From NCBI GenBank assembly GCA_022703505.1, contig JAKLDN010000008.1:158422-222421 (forward strand): a stretch of DNA of 64,000 nt, read 5' to 3'. A model generated the notes under the pieces. It was not told where the DNA came from. It was given only the letters and a program-made list of their open reading frames with translations, and did no database searches. Every line of letters starts with the position of its first letter. Position 1 is the first letter of the stretch. Source of the DNA: Spirochaetota bacterium (GTDB lineage: Bacteria > Spirochaetota > Spirochaetia > Treponematales > UBA12059). Below, in pieces: positions 1-9,271 of the stretch. The position numbers were made by a program, and so were the translations under genes.

Positions 1-7
1 GGGTTCC

Positions 8-373
8 GTGGGGGGCGTGGAACGGCCCTGGTACGTGCACCCCCACCAGGAGGACAACCTGATCGTCCTGCACGGCAAGCGGATCGTGGATATCTACAGC
101 CGGGCGGTCGGGCGGATGGAGACCTTCACCGTGGAGCCTCAGCGGATCCTGAAGGACGGGAAGGTTATCTTCGACGGACCGGCCATGCTGGTCTGGCCCG
201 TGAACGTCTATCACCGGATCGTCTCCGGACCCGACGGGTCCGCCTCCCTGAACTTCGCCGTGCGCTCCAAGGGTTTCGACGTCCGGACGAACTTCTCCAT
301 CTACGACCTGGACATCAAGACCGGGGAACACCGGGTGATCCGGGAGGGATACAAGGACCAGATGACGGGCTGA
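8..373 (+). CDS. Cupin-fold protein (possibly N-terminally clipped by window edge)
   Basis: 121-aa ORF starting 7 nt from the window edge. Beta-rich cupin-like sequence (WYVHPH..LIVLHG). No strong motif. Confidence 0.45.
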   Translation: MGGVERPWYVHPHQEDNLIVLHGKRIVDIYSRAVGRMETFTVEPQRILKDGKVIFDGPAMLVWPVNVYHRIVSGPDGSASLNFAVRSKGFDVRTNFSIYDLDIKTGEHRVIREGYKDQMTG

Positions 374-452
374 CGGAACCTTCCGAAAGGCTCGATCGGG
401 TTTCCGGGGCGGCCGGGGATGATGCCGCCCGCGCACGGTCCCAAGGATCAGA

Positions 453-755
453 TCAGCGCGCCGCGATGAGGACGGCGGCCAGGGCGGCCGCCAGCGCCAT
501 AAAGGCGGCGGCATAGATCCAGCCGGGCAGGGGCCCCGAGGCCGTCGGGCGCCCGGACTTCGGGGCGGCCGGGCTTCCGGAAGCCGCGGAATAACCGCAG
601 GTGGGACATCCGTTCCGGAACAGGAAGGGTTCCCCGGAAAATCCGCAACGGGGACATTTCACGGAGGAGAAGAACCTTCCGCATTTCGGGCAGACCGAGG
701 CGTCCCGGCCGACCTCCGCCCCGCAGTGCTCGCAGAAGTATCGGGGGCGTTTCAC
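453..755 (-). CDS. Zinc-ribbon protein with C-terminal hydrophobic anchor
   Basis: Four CxxC pairs (CEHCG, CPKCG, CPRCG, CPTCG). C-terminal hydrophobic stretch AAAFMALAAALAAVLIAA. Confidence 0.5.
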   Translation of the reverse strand: MKRPRYFCEHCGAEVGRDASVCPKCGRFFSSVKCPRCGFSGEPFLFRNGCPTCGYSAASGSPAAPKSGRPTASGPLPGWIYAAAFMALAAALAAVLIAAR

Positions 756-789
756 CCCCGTCCCTCCCGGCGGACGGCCGCGGACGGGC

Positions 790-1095
790 TCACGCGCTCT
801 CCTGCGCCTTGGCGGGGGCGGGGCTGTCCTTGGCGGCTCCCTCTTTCGCCGGGACGTCCTTCACGGCACCGTCCTTGGCCGCCGGGGCTCCGGCCTTCGG
901 GCTTCCGGAGGAGGACTTGCGGGAGTCGTTCACGTAGAACCCGGAGCCCTTGAAGATGACCCCGGTGCCCCCGAAGATCAGCCGCTTGACGGCCTTGCCG
1001 CACTCGGGGCAGGAGGAAAGGGGGGCGTCGGACATGCTCTGGAAGGCTTCGAAGGTGTGGCCGCAGGAGGAACACTCGTATTCGTAGGTGGGCAT
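790..1095 (-). CDS. FmdB-family putative regulatory zinc-ribbon protein
   Basis: MPTYEYECSSCGH..CPECG signature of the FmdB Zn-ribbon family. The internal Met start was chosen because the longer ORF overlaps the next gene. Lys/Ala-rich tail. Confidence 0.7.
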   Translation of the reverse strand: MPTYEYECSSCGHTFEAFQSMSDAPLSSCPECGKAVKRLIFGGTGVIFKGSGFYVNDSRKSSSGSPKAGAPAAKDGAVKDVPAKEGAAKDSPAPAKAQESA

Positions 1096-1217
1096 ATCAA
1101 ACCTCTTGCCGCCGGGCCGATCCCGAGCGCCCGGCGCTCCGGATCGGCTGAACCGGGCATGATTTTTCCGATCGAAATATACCCATAGGCCCCGGGCTCC
1201 GGCAAGTCCGGCGGGGC

Positions 1218-1874
1218 TCAGGCTTCGTCGGACTTGGCGAAGATGTCGTAGACCGCCTGGGGTTCCGTGGCCTTGAGCAGGGTTTCCCGCAGCTCCGCGT
1301 TCTTGAGCTTGGAGCTGAAGTAGGAAAGGGTCTGCAGGTAGTAGGCGTGCTGGTTGTACGCCGAGGCGATCATGAAGAGGATCCGGACCGGGGAGTCGTC
1401 GAAGGACGCGAAATCCACGATGTCGCACTTGCTGATCCCCACGGCCACCACGAGGTCCGTCACGGAGGACAGCCGGACATGGGGGATGGCGATTCCCCGG
1501 CCGATGGCCGTGCTCATGAGCTCCTCCCGGCGGAGGATCTCCGAGACCAGTTCCGGGCGGCTTTTTACCTGGGGCGCCGTGGCCAGGGTTTCCGCCAGGG
1601 CCACGAGGGCGTCCCGCTTGTGGGGGTGGTTCGGGAAGATGATCCGCTCGGGGGTGAGGACGTTCCGAATCAGGACGGGATTGGAGGCCGCGGAACTCCG
1701 GTTGGAGGAGAGGCGTTCGTTGACCCAGCGCTCGATCTCGCTCTTCTTGAAGCGCCAGACGGTCCCGATCTTGCCGGAGGGAATCTCCCCCTTCTGGGCC
1801 CAGTCGTAGACGGTCCGCTCGGATACCCGAAGGTAGCGTGCGACTTCTTCGATCGTCAGGATATCGTCATCCAT
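1218..1874 (-). CDS. HTH (MerR/excisionase-type) + PTS EIIA-2 (PtsN-like) fusion regulator
   Basis: N-terminal LTIEEVARYLRVSERTVYDWAQKGEIPSGKIG DNA-binding helix. C-terminal EIIA-2 fold with the GIAIPH phospho-His motif. Confidence 0.7.
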   Translation of the reverse strand: MDDDILTIEEVARYLRVSERTVYDWAQKGEIPSGKIGTVWRFKKSEIERWVNERLSSNRSSAASNPVLIRNVLTPERIIFPNHPHKRDALVALAETLATAPQVKSRPELVSEILRREELMSTAIGRGIAIPHVRLSSVTDLVVAVGISKCDIVDFASFDDSPVRILFMIASAYNQHAYYLQTLSYFSSKLKNAELRETLLKATEPQAVYDIFAKSDEA

Positions 1875-1947
1875 GCGGAAAGCTCCCAAGGTTGGCTTAA
1901 GTTTCTTCTATATTGAATCCAATGCGAAAGATTGTCAAGACGCGCAT

Positions 1948-2568
1948 TTAGTCCCCTTCCTTGCGTATCGCTTCCAGGGCACCTCGGATTTCCGAGGGTT
2001 TCCAACCCTCGGAGCGGAGCTTCCGTGCCGCGGCCTCCGGATCCTTCCGGCCGGACCGGAGCAGTCTGCGCGCCGCCCTCAGCAGGGCCTCTCCCCGGGC
2101 CTCCTCCGGGTATAGTTCAACGCAGACACGCCGGGCCAGGTCCTCGGAAACCCCTCGGGCGGCCAGGCCCGCCGCGATCCGGGCCGGCCCCTCCCCGCGG
2201 CGGCGGGCCCTCTCCTCGGCCCAGGCGCGGGCGAAGCGCTCGTCGGACAGGAGCCCCTGCCCCTCGAGCCGGTCCAGGGCCGGGGATATCGATCCGTCGC
2301 CCATCCCCCGCTTGCGGAGTTTCAGGGTCAGGAGGTACCGGGTCTGCTCGGCCCGGGCCAGGAGCTCCAGGGCCTTGGTTTCGGCCGCGTAGATCCCCGA
2401 GGCTTCCTTCGCGCCGGCCAGGAACGTGTCCCCGGCTTCCTGCCCGATCGAGGGAACGGGGCCCGCGGAAGGCGATAGTTGTTCCAGGCGGAACAAAAAA
2501 CAGGAGCCCCCGTCCGTGCGCAGTCGCACGATGCCGGAGGCTCCGATTTCCAGGGATTCGACGCGCAT
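1948..2568 (-). CDS. recX: RecX-family regulatory protein
   Basis: 206-aa protein. Repeated three-helix RecX pattern (YLL...L.KRG, ERFARAWAEERARRRG, LRSEGW). Confidence 0.7.
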   Translation of the reverse strand: MRVESLEIGASGIVRLRTDGGSCFLFRLEQLSPSAGPVPSIGQEAGDTFLAGAKEASGIYAAETKALELLARAEQTRYLLTLKLRKRGMGDGSISPALDRLEGQGLLSDERFARAWAEERARRRGEGPARIAAGLAARGVSEDLARRVCVELYPEEARGEALLRAARRLLRSGRKDPEAAARKLRSEGWKPSEIRGALEAIRKEGD

Positions 2569-2583
2569 CGCGTCGGTCCCGGA

Positions 2584-2976
2584 TCAGCGCTTGGAGAACT
2601 GGAACCGGCGGCGCGCTCCGCGCTGGCCGTACTTCTTCCGCTCCACCATTCGGGGATCCCGGGAGAGCATGCCGTTCGTGCGCAGGGCCGTGTGGTTCGC
2701 GGGGTCGAACTGGGCCAGGGCGCGGGCGAGGCCGTGCCGGCAGGCCCCGGCCTGGCCGTTCATGCCTCCGCCGACGACGTTGATGACGACGTCCAGCTTG
2801 TTCTCGTTGGCGGTGACAACCAGGGGACCGCGGACCTTGTTGAACAGTTCCTCGAAGCGGAAGTACTTGTCCGCCTCCAGGCCGTTCACGAGGATCTTCC
2901 CGGTGCCTTCCCGGAGATAGACGCGGGCGACGGAGGTCTTGCGGCGTCCGGTTCCGATACCCAGATTCCTGACCAT
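2584..2976 (-). CDS. rpsI: 30S ribosomal protein S9
   Basis: Canonical S9 sequence ending GQRGARRRFQFSKR. Confidence 0.95.
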   Translation of the reverse strand: MVRNLGIGTGRRKTSVARVYLREGTGKILVNGLEADKYFRFEELFNKVRGPLVVTANENKLDVVINVVGGGMNGQAGACRHGLARALAQFDPANHTALRTNGMLSRDPRMVERKKYGQRGARRRFQFSKR

Positions 2977-2988
2977 TATCCTATTCTC

Positions 2989-3417
2989 CTACAGTTCCAG
3001 GGCGATGGGCTGCTGCGCGGCGTGCGGGTGGCTGGAGCCGGCGTAGATCTTGACGTTCTTGTTGAGCTTCCGGCCCAAGGGTCCCTTGGGGAGCATCCCG
3101 CGGATGGCGATCTCCAGGGGCATGCCGGGGTGCCGGTCCGAGAGGGCCTGGTAGGTCTGGCCCTTGAGGCCGCCGGGGAACCCGGTGTGATGGTAGTACA
3201 TCTTGTTTTCGCGCTTGGCGCCGGTGACGGCCACCTTGTCGGCGTTGATGACCACGACGTAGTCGCCGATTTCCTGGTGGGGCGTGTAGAAGGGCTTGTT
3301 CTTCCCGCGGAGGATGTAGGCCACCTTGGCGGCCACGCGGCCCAGGGACTTGCCCTCGGCGTCGATGAGGTACCAGGAGCGGGGAGCCTCTTCGGGCTTC
3401 ACAAAGACGGTCTTCAT
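2989..3417 (-). CDS. rplM: 50S ribosomal protein L13
   Basis: [29 protein letters not shown]... canonical L13. Internal Met start, since the upstream ORF extension has no L13 homology. Adjacent to rpsI. Confidence 0.95.
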   Translation of the reverse strand: MKTVFVKPEEAPRSWYLIDAEGKSLGRVAAKVAYILRGKNKPFYTPHQEIGDYVVVINADKVAVTGAKRENKMYYHHTGFPGGLKGQTYQALSDRHPGMPLEIAIRGMLPKGPLGRKLNKNVKIYAGSSHPHAAQQPIALEL

Positions 3418-3511
3418 GTATCGATTCCTTCGTGTTCTTGGAATACAGCGGAAAATAGCGCGGGTGATACTCCCATATTCGGGGGATTGTGTCAAGTAAG
3501 GCGACGGAAGT

Positions 3512-3649
3512 CAGGTAACAGGACTCAGGTCACAGGACTCAGGACCCAGGGGTCCGTCGACCGCGCAGGTTTCGGCGGAACCGGCTTCTGCATCCGTCGG
3601 GTGGACTGTCATCGGGCGCCTGGCTCCTGGTTCCTGACTCCTGTGTCCT
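3512..3649. repeat. Paired inverted arrays of CAGGNNN heptamer repeats (array 3512-3550, inverted CCTG array 3618-3649) forming a long imperfect stem-loop
   Basis: The plus-strand array reads CAGGTAA CAGGACT CAGGTCA CAGGACT CAGGACC CAGG. The complementary array reads CCTGGTT CCTGACT CCTGTGT CCT and ends at the stop codon of the small membrane-protein gene. Confidence 0.6.
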
Positions 3650-3879
3650 TATTTCCCCGCGTTCTCCTTGGCTTCCTCTTCCTCCTCCTTCTTGGCCTCC
3701 ATCCGGTCCTTGATGTCGGCGATGCCGATGAAGACCGCGATCAGGCCGATGAGGACCGCGAGGACGGGGAGGGATCCCCGTAGGAATACGACGACGTCCT
3801 GCCACCAGGCAAGACCGAAGGGGACGCAGGCGACTACGGCCAGCAGGATCAGGACGATACCGACTATGAGAGCTACCAT
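3649..3879 (-). CDS. Small membrane protein with acidic C-terminal tail
   Basis: 76 aa with two predicted TM helices and an EEEEEAKENAGK tail. Flanked on both sides by the heptamer hairpins. Confidence 0.4.
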   Translation of the reverse strand: MVALIVGIVLILLAVVACVPFGLAWWQDVVVFLRGSLPVLAVLIGLIAVFIGIADIKDRMEAKKEEEEEAKENAGK

Positions 3880-3995
3880 GATCGAATGTTCCTCCTCATG
3901 TTCGTCCGGTCCGGCCGATGGGGCTGCGGCGGGGCCGGAAGGCGGTCCGCGCCGCCCACCTAAGCATACCCGAAAGAATCATTTCGTCAATACGG

Positions 3996-4135
3996 GAGTC
4001 AGGCGACAGGTAACAGGACCCAGGTGCCAGGAACCAGGCGACAGAGGGGCCTTCCGGCGGCTGATGACGGGAGGGAATCCGCAGTTGTCCGGTCGGCACC
4101 TGAGTCCCGTGTCCTGACTCCTGGCTCCCGAGTCC
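3996..4135. repeat. Second pair of inverted NNNCAGG heptamer arrays (3996-4046 and 4098-4135)
   Basis: The plus-strand array reads GTCAGG CGACAGG TAACAGG ACCCAGG TGCCAGG AACCAGG CGACAGA. The inverted array reads CCTGAGT CCCGTGT CCTGACT CCTGGCT CCCGAGT. Confidence 0.6.
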
Positions 4136-4193
4136 CCTTCCTTGCTATACTGCCCTCCCGTCTTCAGGCGGAATCTACCAGTCAGGCGGTTGT

Positions 4194-6005
4194 ATGATCC
4201 CCAACGGAGCCCTCGTATTCTACAAAGGAAAGCCCGCCCTGGCCCGGAATTCCGGGGACAAGCTGGAGCTCTCGATACCCGGCGCCCCGGAGGTGAAGGT
4301 CCGGCCCAAGGACGTGGAGCTCCTGCACCCGGGTCCCCTGTCCAGGGTCCCCGAGGCCCGCCCGGACGGGGACTTCGAGACGGCCTGGGAGATGAGCGCC
4401 GGGGAAACCCTGGGCCTGGAGGCACTCTGCGAGCTCGTCTTCGGGCGGGCGGGTCCCGAGGAGGCCCTGGCCTGCCGCCTGGAGGCCCTGGAGGGCCTCC
4501 GGTTCCGGACCGAGGAGGCCCACCCGGGATTCCGGGCGGTTTCCCGGGAGGAGCGGGAAAAGGAGGCCGCACGCAGGGCCCGGAAGGAAACCGAGGCCGC
4601 GGACCGGGAGGCCTTCCTGGCCCGCGCCCGGAAAGGCCTCTTCGAGCCCGGGGACGAGCGCTTCCTGGGGGAGGTCGAGGCCTTCGCCCTAGGTGCCACC
4701 CAGAAGGCCCGGATCCTGGGTGACCTGGGACTGGCGGACAAGCCCGAGGCCGTGCATGCCTGGCTGATCAAGACCGGCCGCTGGACCGACGCCGTCAACC
4801 CCTGGCCCGTCCGCTTCGGGACCGCGTCCAGGGCACCGGACCTCGAGCTCGGACCGGAGGACGACGACGGCCGGGTCGACCTGACGGGGCTTGAGGCTTG
4901 GGCCATCGACAACGCCTGGAGCCGGGATCCCGACGACGCGGTCTCCTTCGACGGCCGGGACGTTTGGGTGCACGTGGCGGACCCCGCCTCCGCGGTGCTC
5001 CCGGGGAGCCCCGCGGACCGGGAGGCCTCGGACCGGGCCGCCACCCTCTACCTTCCCGAGGGTTCCGTCCCCATGCTCCCGGACTCGGCCCTGGAGCGGT
5101 TCGGACTGGGATTGTCGGGCGTAAGCCGGGCCTTGTCCGTCCGGATCTCCCTGGAACCGGACGGCTCGGTCCGGGAGGCGGAGATCCTTCCCACCCTCGT
5201 GAAGGTCACCCGGCTTTCCTACGGCGGAGCCGACCCCCTCCTGGGGTCCGGCCCCCTGGCCGAGCTGGACCGGATCGCCTCGATCCGCTCCGAAGCCCGG
5301 ACCGCCGCGGGGGCCGTGGACATCTCCATCCCGGAGGTCCGGGTCTGGGTGGACTCCGGGGAACCGCGCATCGACGCGATCCCGGAGCACCGCTCCGGCG
5401 CCGTGGTCCGGGAGATGATGGTCCTGGCGGGAGAGGCCGCGGCCCGCTGGGCCTTCGACCGGTCCCTGCCCTTCCCCTACTACAGCCAGGAAGCCCCCCA
5501 GGACGCGGGCTCCCTGCCGGCGGGCTTGGCCGGGGAGTTCGCCAAGCGCAGGCTGATGAAGGCCGGAATGGCGGGCCCCCAGCCCCGGGCCCACCGCGGC
5601 CTGGGGGTGCCCTTCTACGCCCAGTTCACGAGCCCCCTGCGCCGGTACTCCGACCTCCTCGCCCACCACCAGGTCCGGGCCGTCCTGGCGGGGCGCAAGC
5701 CCCTGGGAGAGGACGAGATTTCCGCTCTCCTGGGCCGCGCCGCGGCGGCCGCTGCCCTGATCCGCCAGGCCGAACGGGCCAGCCAGCTCCACTGGACCCT
5801 GGCCTTCCTGGGAAGGCGCCCCGGCTGGACCGGGGAGGGCGTCGTCGTCGGAACCGGGAATCCCGCCTCGGTGTACATCCCCGGCTTGGGGATGGAAACC
5901 CGGGTCCGCCTGGGGGGGACGGAGCTCAACGCGACGGTTTCCCTGCGCCTGACCGGAACGGACCTGGCCCGCCAGGAGGCCCGGTTCGAGACCGCGGAGG
6001 CCTAG
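4194..6005 (+). CDS. RNB-domain 3'-5' exoribonuclease (RNase II/R family)
   Basis: 603 aa. RNB catalytic motif FTSPLRRYSDLLAHHQ. Aspartate-rich region DNAWSRDPDDAVSFD. Confidence 0.8.
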   Translation: MIPNGALVFYKGKPALARNSGDKLELSIPGAPEVKVRPKDVELLHPGPLSRVPEARPDGDFETAWEMSAGETLGLEALCELVFGRAGPEEALACRLEALEGLRFRTEEAHPGFRAVSREEREKEAARRARKETEAADREAFLARARKGLFEPGDERFLGEVEAFALGATQKARILGDLGLADKPEAVHAWLIKTGRWTDAVNPWPVRFGTASRAPDLELGPEDDDGRVDLTGLEAWAIDNAWSRDPDDAVSFDGRDVWVHVADPASAVLPGSPADREASDRAATLYLPEGSVPMLPDSALERFGLGLSGVSRALSVRISLEPDGSVREAEILPTLVKVTRLSYGGADPLLGSGPLAELDRIASIRSEARTAAGAVDISIPEVRVWVDSGEPRIDAIPEHRSGAVVREMMVLAGEAAARWAFDRSLPFPYYSQEAPQDAGSLPAGLAGEFAKRRLMKAGMAGPQPRAHRGLGVPFYAQFTSPLRRYSDLLAHHQVRAVLAGRKPLGEDEISALLGRAAAAAALIRQAERASQLHWTLAFLGRRPGWTGEGVVVGTGNPASVYIPGLGMETRVRLGGTELNATVSLRLTGTDLARQEARFETAEA

Positions 6006-6102
6006 GGAAGGAGCCGGTTTCGTCCGTCCGCCCCGTCTGCGGGGAACGGTGGAACCCCGCGTCCTTGACGGCCGCCGACCACGGGAGTATCCTCCCAAGT
6101 CA

Positions 6103-8565
6103 ATGGAGCAAAAAGACTACCGCCTGGCGGCGATCCTGTACACGGACATCGCGGGTTTCTCCCGGATGATGGAAAACGACGAGGCGGGAACCCTCCGGCT
6201 CCTCCACTTCCACAACGCCGTCATCACCGAGGCCGCCGAGCGGAGGCACGGCACGGTCATCAAGACCATCGGGGACGCCTTCCTGGTGGACTTCCGGAAC
6301 ACCGTGGAAGCCCTCCAGACCGCCCTGGAAATCCAGGACAAGTTCTACCAGTACAACCTTGAGCACAAGGAGCTGCCCCTCCTTGTCCGCGTCGGCATCC
6401 ATCTGGGGGACATCTATTTCTTCGAGAACGACGCCCTGGGGGAGGGCATCAACATAGCCGCCCGCCTCCAGTCCCTGGCCCACCCGGGGGCTATCTGCAT
6501 GTCCCAGGACGTGTACAACCAGGTCCTCAACAAGATCGACTTCCACGCCGTCAAGCTGGGCAAGGTCTCCCTCAAGAACATCACCAAGGAAATCCACGCC
6601 TACGAGATCTCCAGCGCCAACGTGGAATTCGACCCGAACCGGGACAAACCCCAGCCGGGCTTCCCGCCCGGGGCCTACGCCGGCCCGGAGCCCGCGGAAC
6701 TCGGGACCCTGGGGCCCACCCTGCCGGAAGCCCCGCCGAAGACGTCCCGGGAAGCCGGCACGGGCTCCCCGAAGCCCCGCGGCCCCGACCGGGACTACAG
6801 CCCCGAAGGCTCCGCGAACGTCCTTTCGGAGATCCGCAAGGCCATCCTGGACGACACCCGGACCGAGGGTCGGCGCCTCTCCGTGGACGAGGCCCTGAAG
6901 CGTTACGGGGACTACGGGGTGGAGGCCCACGAGGTCATCGCCCGCATGGCGGAACAGGGACTGCTCATCAAGCGGACCCCTTCCCGGACCGACGGGGCGG
7001 GGAAGTTCGACGGGGAATCCCTGGGCCGGGACATCGAGCGGGCGGTCCGGGGCATCGTGGCCCTGGTGGACGACAAGATCGGGGAGTACGAGGAGAGCCG
7101 TCGCCGGGATCGCGGCAGCGCCCGCGACGTCGGCCGCGACGGGAACCGCGAGGACGGCCGGGACCGGTTCGAACGCGGGATGGACCGCATGGAAGCCCGG
7201 CTGGAGCGCTTCGCCGAGCGCATGGAACGGGGCGCGGGACGCTGGAGCGAGAAGACGGCCATCAAGGCCGAGCTCCGGCGGCACGCGGAGACGACCGAGA
7301 CCGGGGAGTGGGACAAGGAGCTCAAGGACTCGGACTACTTCAAGCCCGGCCGGGAAGAGCTGGCGACCAGTTTCGAGGCCTACCGGGAGGGCCTGGCGGA
7401 AAAAGCCCGCAGGCTGAGGGGCGGATTCGCCGGAAACCTCATTTCCTTCCTGGGGGTGAACGCCCTCTTGTGGTTCATCAACCTGCAGGTCCAGGGAGAC
7501 TCGTCCTTCCTGTGGGCGGCCATCGTCACCGCGGGCTGGGGGACCGGGGTCGTCTCCAACCTGGCGGGCCTGGCCCGGACCAACGCCAAGCTCCGGGAGG
7601 CCGACCGGGTCCCGGACCTGGAGGGCGAGGCCCTGGCCACCTACAAGAAGCTGAACATAGTCCGGGACTCCATGGCCCGTCATACGGCCAGCGTCCTCAC
7701 CGTCCCGGCCCTGCTCTTCACCATCCACGCCGTGGCCACGCCCCTGGTCTTTCCCTGGTGGCTCATACCCTCGGGGATCATGGCGATCAGCTGGGTATCC
7801 CACGCCATCGCCTACGCCTCCGCCCGCCGACGCCTGGAGTCCAAGCTCTTCAAGGAGGCCGGGGTCGGAGGCTGGAGGGACCTCTTCCGAATAGGAAAGA
7901 CCCGCAAGGCCGCGGCCCGGGCCTCCGGCCCCTACGCCACCCTGTACGCCGAGGCGGAGACGGCCAAGGAAGCCATCGTCGCCCAGGTCAAGGCCGCGGG
8001 CAAGGACTCCCCCTTCGACAAGGAGCTCATCCCGTCCCTGGAGGAGTACGTGGGTCAGGTCCGCCTGCTCACCCAGACGGTCAACGAGATCGACTCCATC
8101 ATCGACGCCATCCCCATGAAGGACCTGGCCAAGGACAAGGCGGAGCTCAGGGGGAAGCTCGAGGGCAGCGTCAATTCCTCCTTGAAAAGCGAGTACGCCC
8201 GGTCCGTGGAGGAGATCGAGAGGCAGGAGAAGTCCTTCCAGGACCTCCAAGACCAGCGGGAGGTCCTCCACCTTCGCCTGAAATCCTCGGTCAATTCCCT
8301 CAAGCAGATGCAGCTGGACATGGCCCGGTACCGGGCCAACCCCGACCTGGCCCAGTCCGCGTCCCTGGACCAGGTACGCTCCCGCACCGGGGAGCTCTCC
8401 AAGTACCTGGAGGACCTCCGGAAGGGCTACGAGGAGGCCCGGGAGGCCGAAGATCCCTGGAAGGATCTGGAGCGCCAGGCGGCGGAACGGGAAGCCCGGG
8501 CCAAGGCCCTTCCGGAGTCGGAGGGCTCCGGGAACGAGGGCGGGGCGGATTCCCCGTCACGTTGA
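6103..8565 (+). CDS. Class III adenylate/guanylate cyclase (CHD domain) with long C-terminal TM + coiled-coil region
   Basis: N-terminal YTDIAGFS...IGDAF...GIHLGD..GEGINIAARL cyclase motifs. Central hydrophobic segments, then an ~250-aa coiled-coil tail. Start at MEQKDY, preceded by GGGAG. Confidence 0.8.
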   Translation: MEQKDYRLAAILYTDIAGFSRMMENDEAGTLRLLHFHNAVITEAAERRHGTVIKTIGDAFLVDFRNTVEALQTALEIQDKFYQYNLEHKELPLLVRVGIHLGDIYFFENDALGEGINIAARLQSLAHPGAICMSQDVYNQVLNKIDFHAVKLGKVSLKNITKEIHAYEISSANVEFDPNRDKPQPGFPPGAYAGPEPAELGTLGPTLPEAPPKTSREAGTGSPKPRGPDRDYSPEGSANVLSEIRKAILDDTRTEGRRLSVDEALKRYGDYGVEAHEVIARMAEQGLLIKRTPSRTDGAGKFDGESLGRDIERAVRGIVALVDDKIGEYEESRRRDRGSARDVGRDGNREDGRDRFERGMDRMEARLERFAERMERGAGRWSEKTAIKAELRRHAETTETGEWDKELKDSDYFKPGREELATSFEAYREGLAEKARRLRGGFAGNLISFLGVNALLWFINLQVQGDSSFLWAAIVTAGWGTGVVSNLAGLARTNAKLREADRVPDLEGEALATYKKLNIVRDSMARHTASVLTVPALLFTIHAVATPLVFPWWLIPSGIMAISWVSHAIAYASARRRLESKLFKEAGVGGWRDLFRIGKTRKAAARASGPYATLYAEAETAKEAIVAQVKAAGKDSPFDKELIPSLEEYVGQVRLLTQTVNEIDSIIDAIPMKDLAKDKAELRGKLEGSVNSSLKSEYARSVEEIERQEKSFQDLQDQREVLHLRLKSSVNSLKQMQLDMARYRANPDLAQSASLDQVRSRTGELSKYLEDLRKGYEEAREAEDPWKDLERQAAEREARAKALPESEGSGNEGGADSPSR

Positions 8566-8611
8566 CAAGCCCCGGGTTTTGCCCCTAGTATCGCACCTGT
8601 CCCCAAAGCTA

Positions 8612-8685
8612 GACCCGGTAGCTCAGTTGGATAGAGCGAGCGCCTCCTAAGCGCTAGGTCGTGGGTTCGATTCCCGTCCGGGTCA
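8612..8685 (+). tRNA. tRNA-Arg (anticodon CCT)
   Basis: The cloverleaf folds by hand. Acceptor GACCCGG/CCGGGTC. D-arm GCTCAGTTGGATAGAGC. Anticodon stem AGCGC/GCGCT with loop CTCCTAA. T-loop TTCGATT. Confidence 0.8.
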
Positions 8686-8690
8686 GGCAT

Positions 8691-8727
8691 GAACGGTCCG
8701 CAGGCACGACGCCCGCGGGCCGTTTCC
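8691..8727. terminator. Imperfect GC-rich hairpin between tRNA-Arg and the convergent gene
   Basis: GAACGGTCCGC...GCGGGCCGTTTCC followed by a short T-rich run. Could be a bidirectional terminator. Confidence 0.35.
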
Positions 8728-8740
8728 ATTTCCCGGGGAA

Positions 8741-9190
8741 TCAGCCCTTGAGGGGGAAGTAGATGTTCGTCTCCAGCTTTTCCACAGGGGTGTCCTCCGG
8801 GGAGTTCAGGTACTCCTCGTACATGAAGGACTCCGGGGTGACTCCCTTCTCGGCCACGAAGGCCATGAGGGTGTTGTAGGTCGTCTCGATCGTCGTGTAG
8901 GGACCCGTATGCTTGGCCGTCGCGGTCGGCCCGCCGGGCAGGCGGCCCGACTTGATCCTGCCTTCCCCGGGCTCGGCCTTCCCGACCGGGAAGCCGATCT
9001 CGACGTCCAGGTCCTCCATGTCCATGTTGTGGTACATCGCGAAGGGAGGCCCCGCGAAGGGGATCCCCTTCCGGGCCATGTAGGCCGCGATCTGGCCGAA
9101 GACCGGCCCCATCGTCTCGGGCAGCTTGGCCGCGGCGGTCCGGTACCGGATCGACAGGGCGGGCTGTTCCTTCTTCCGCAGAATTTCCAT
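8741..9190 (-). CDS. GyrI-like small-molecule-binding domain protein
   Basis: 149 aa with GyrI/AraC-effector-domain-like composition (GPY...ETNIYFP). Confidence 0.55.
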   Translation of the reverse strand: MEILRKKEQPALSIRYRTAAAKLPETMGPVFGQIAAYMARKGIPFAGPPFAMYHNMDMEDLDVEIGFPVGKAEPGEGRIKSGRLPGGPTATAKHTGPYTTIETTYNTLMAFVAEKGVTPESFMYEEYLNSPEDTPVEKLETNIYFPLKG

Positions 9191-9271
9191 GGCGCTCCTC
9201 CTCGACCTTGAAGATGAGGCTATCCTGCCGCAGCCTTCACGAGCCTGGAATGCGGAGCAGGCCTTCGATCT

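Noticed and set aside
3896-4099. 67-aa and 149-aa ORFs over the second heptamer-repeat hairpin
   Set aside because: Their sequence is dictated by the 7-bp repeat, giving Arg/Thr/Gly-rich low-complexity translations. Treated as non-coding structure.
6100-8271. 723-aa ORF antisense to the cyclase gene. The 4689-6098 antisense ORF, the 26456-28639 (727 aa), 28694-31561 (955 aa) and 42588-45056 (822 aa) ORFs look similar
   Set aside because: Arg/Gly/Pro/Ala-dominated translations typical of the non-coding frames of 68%-GC DNA. No motifs and no RBS. Each is fully shadowed by a recognisable gene on the opposite strand.
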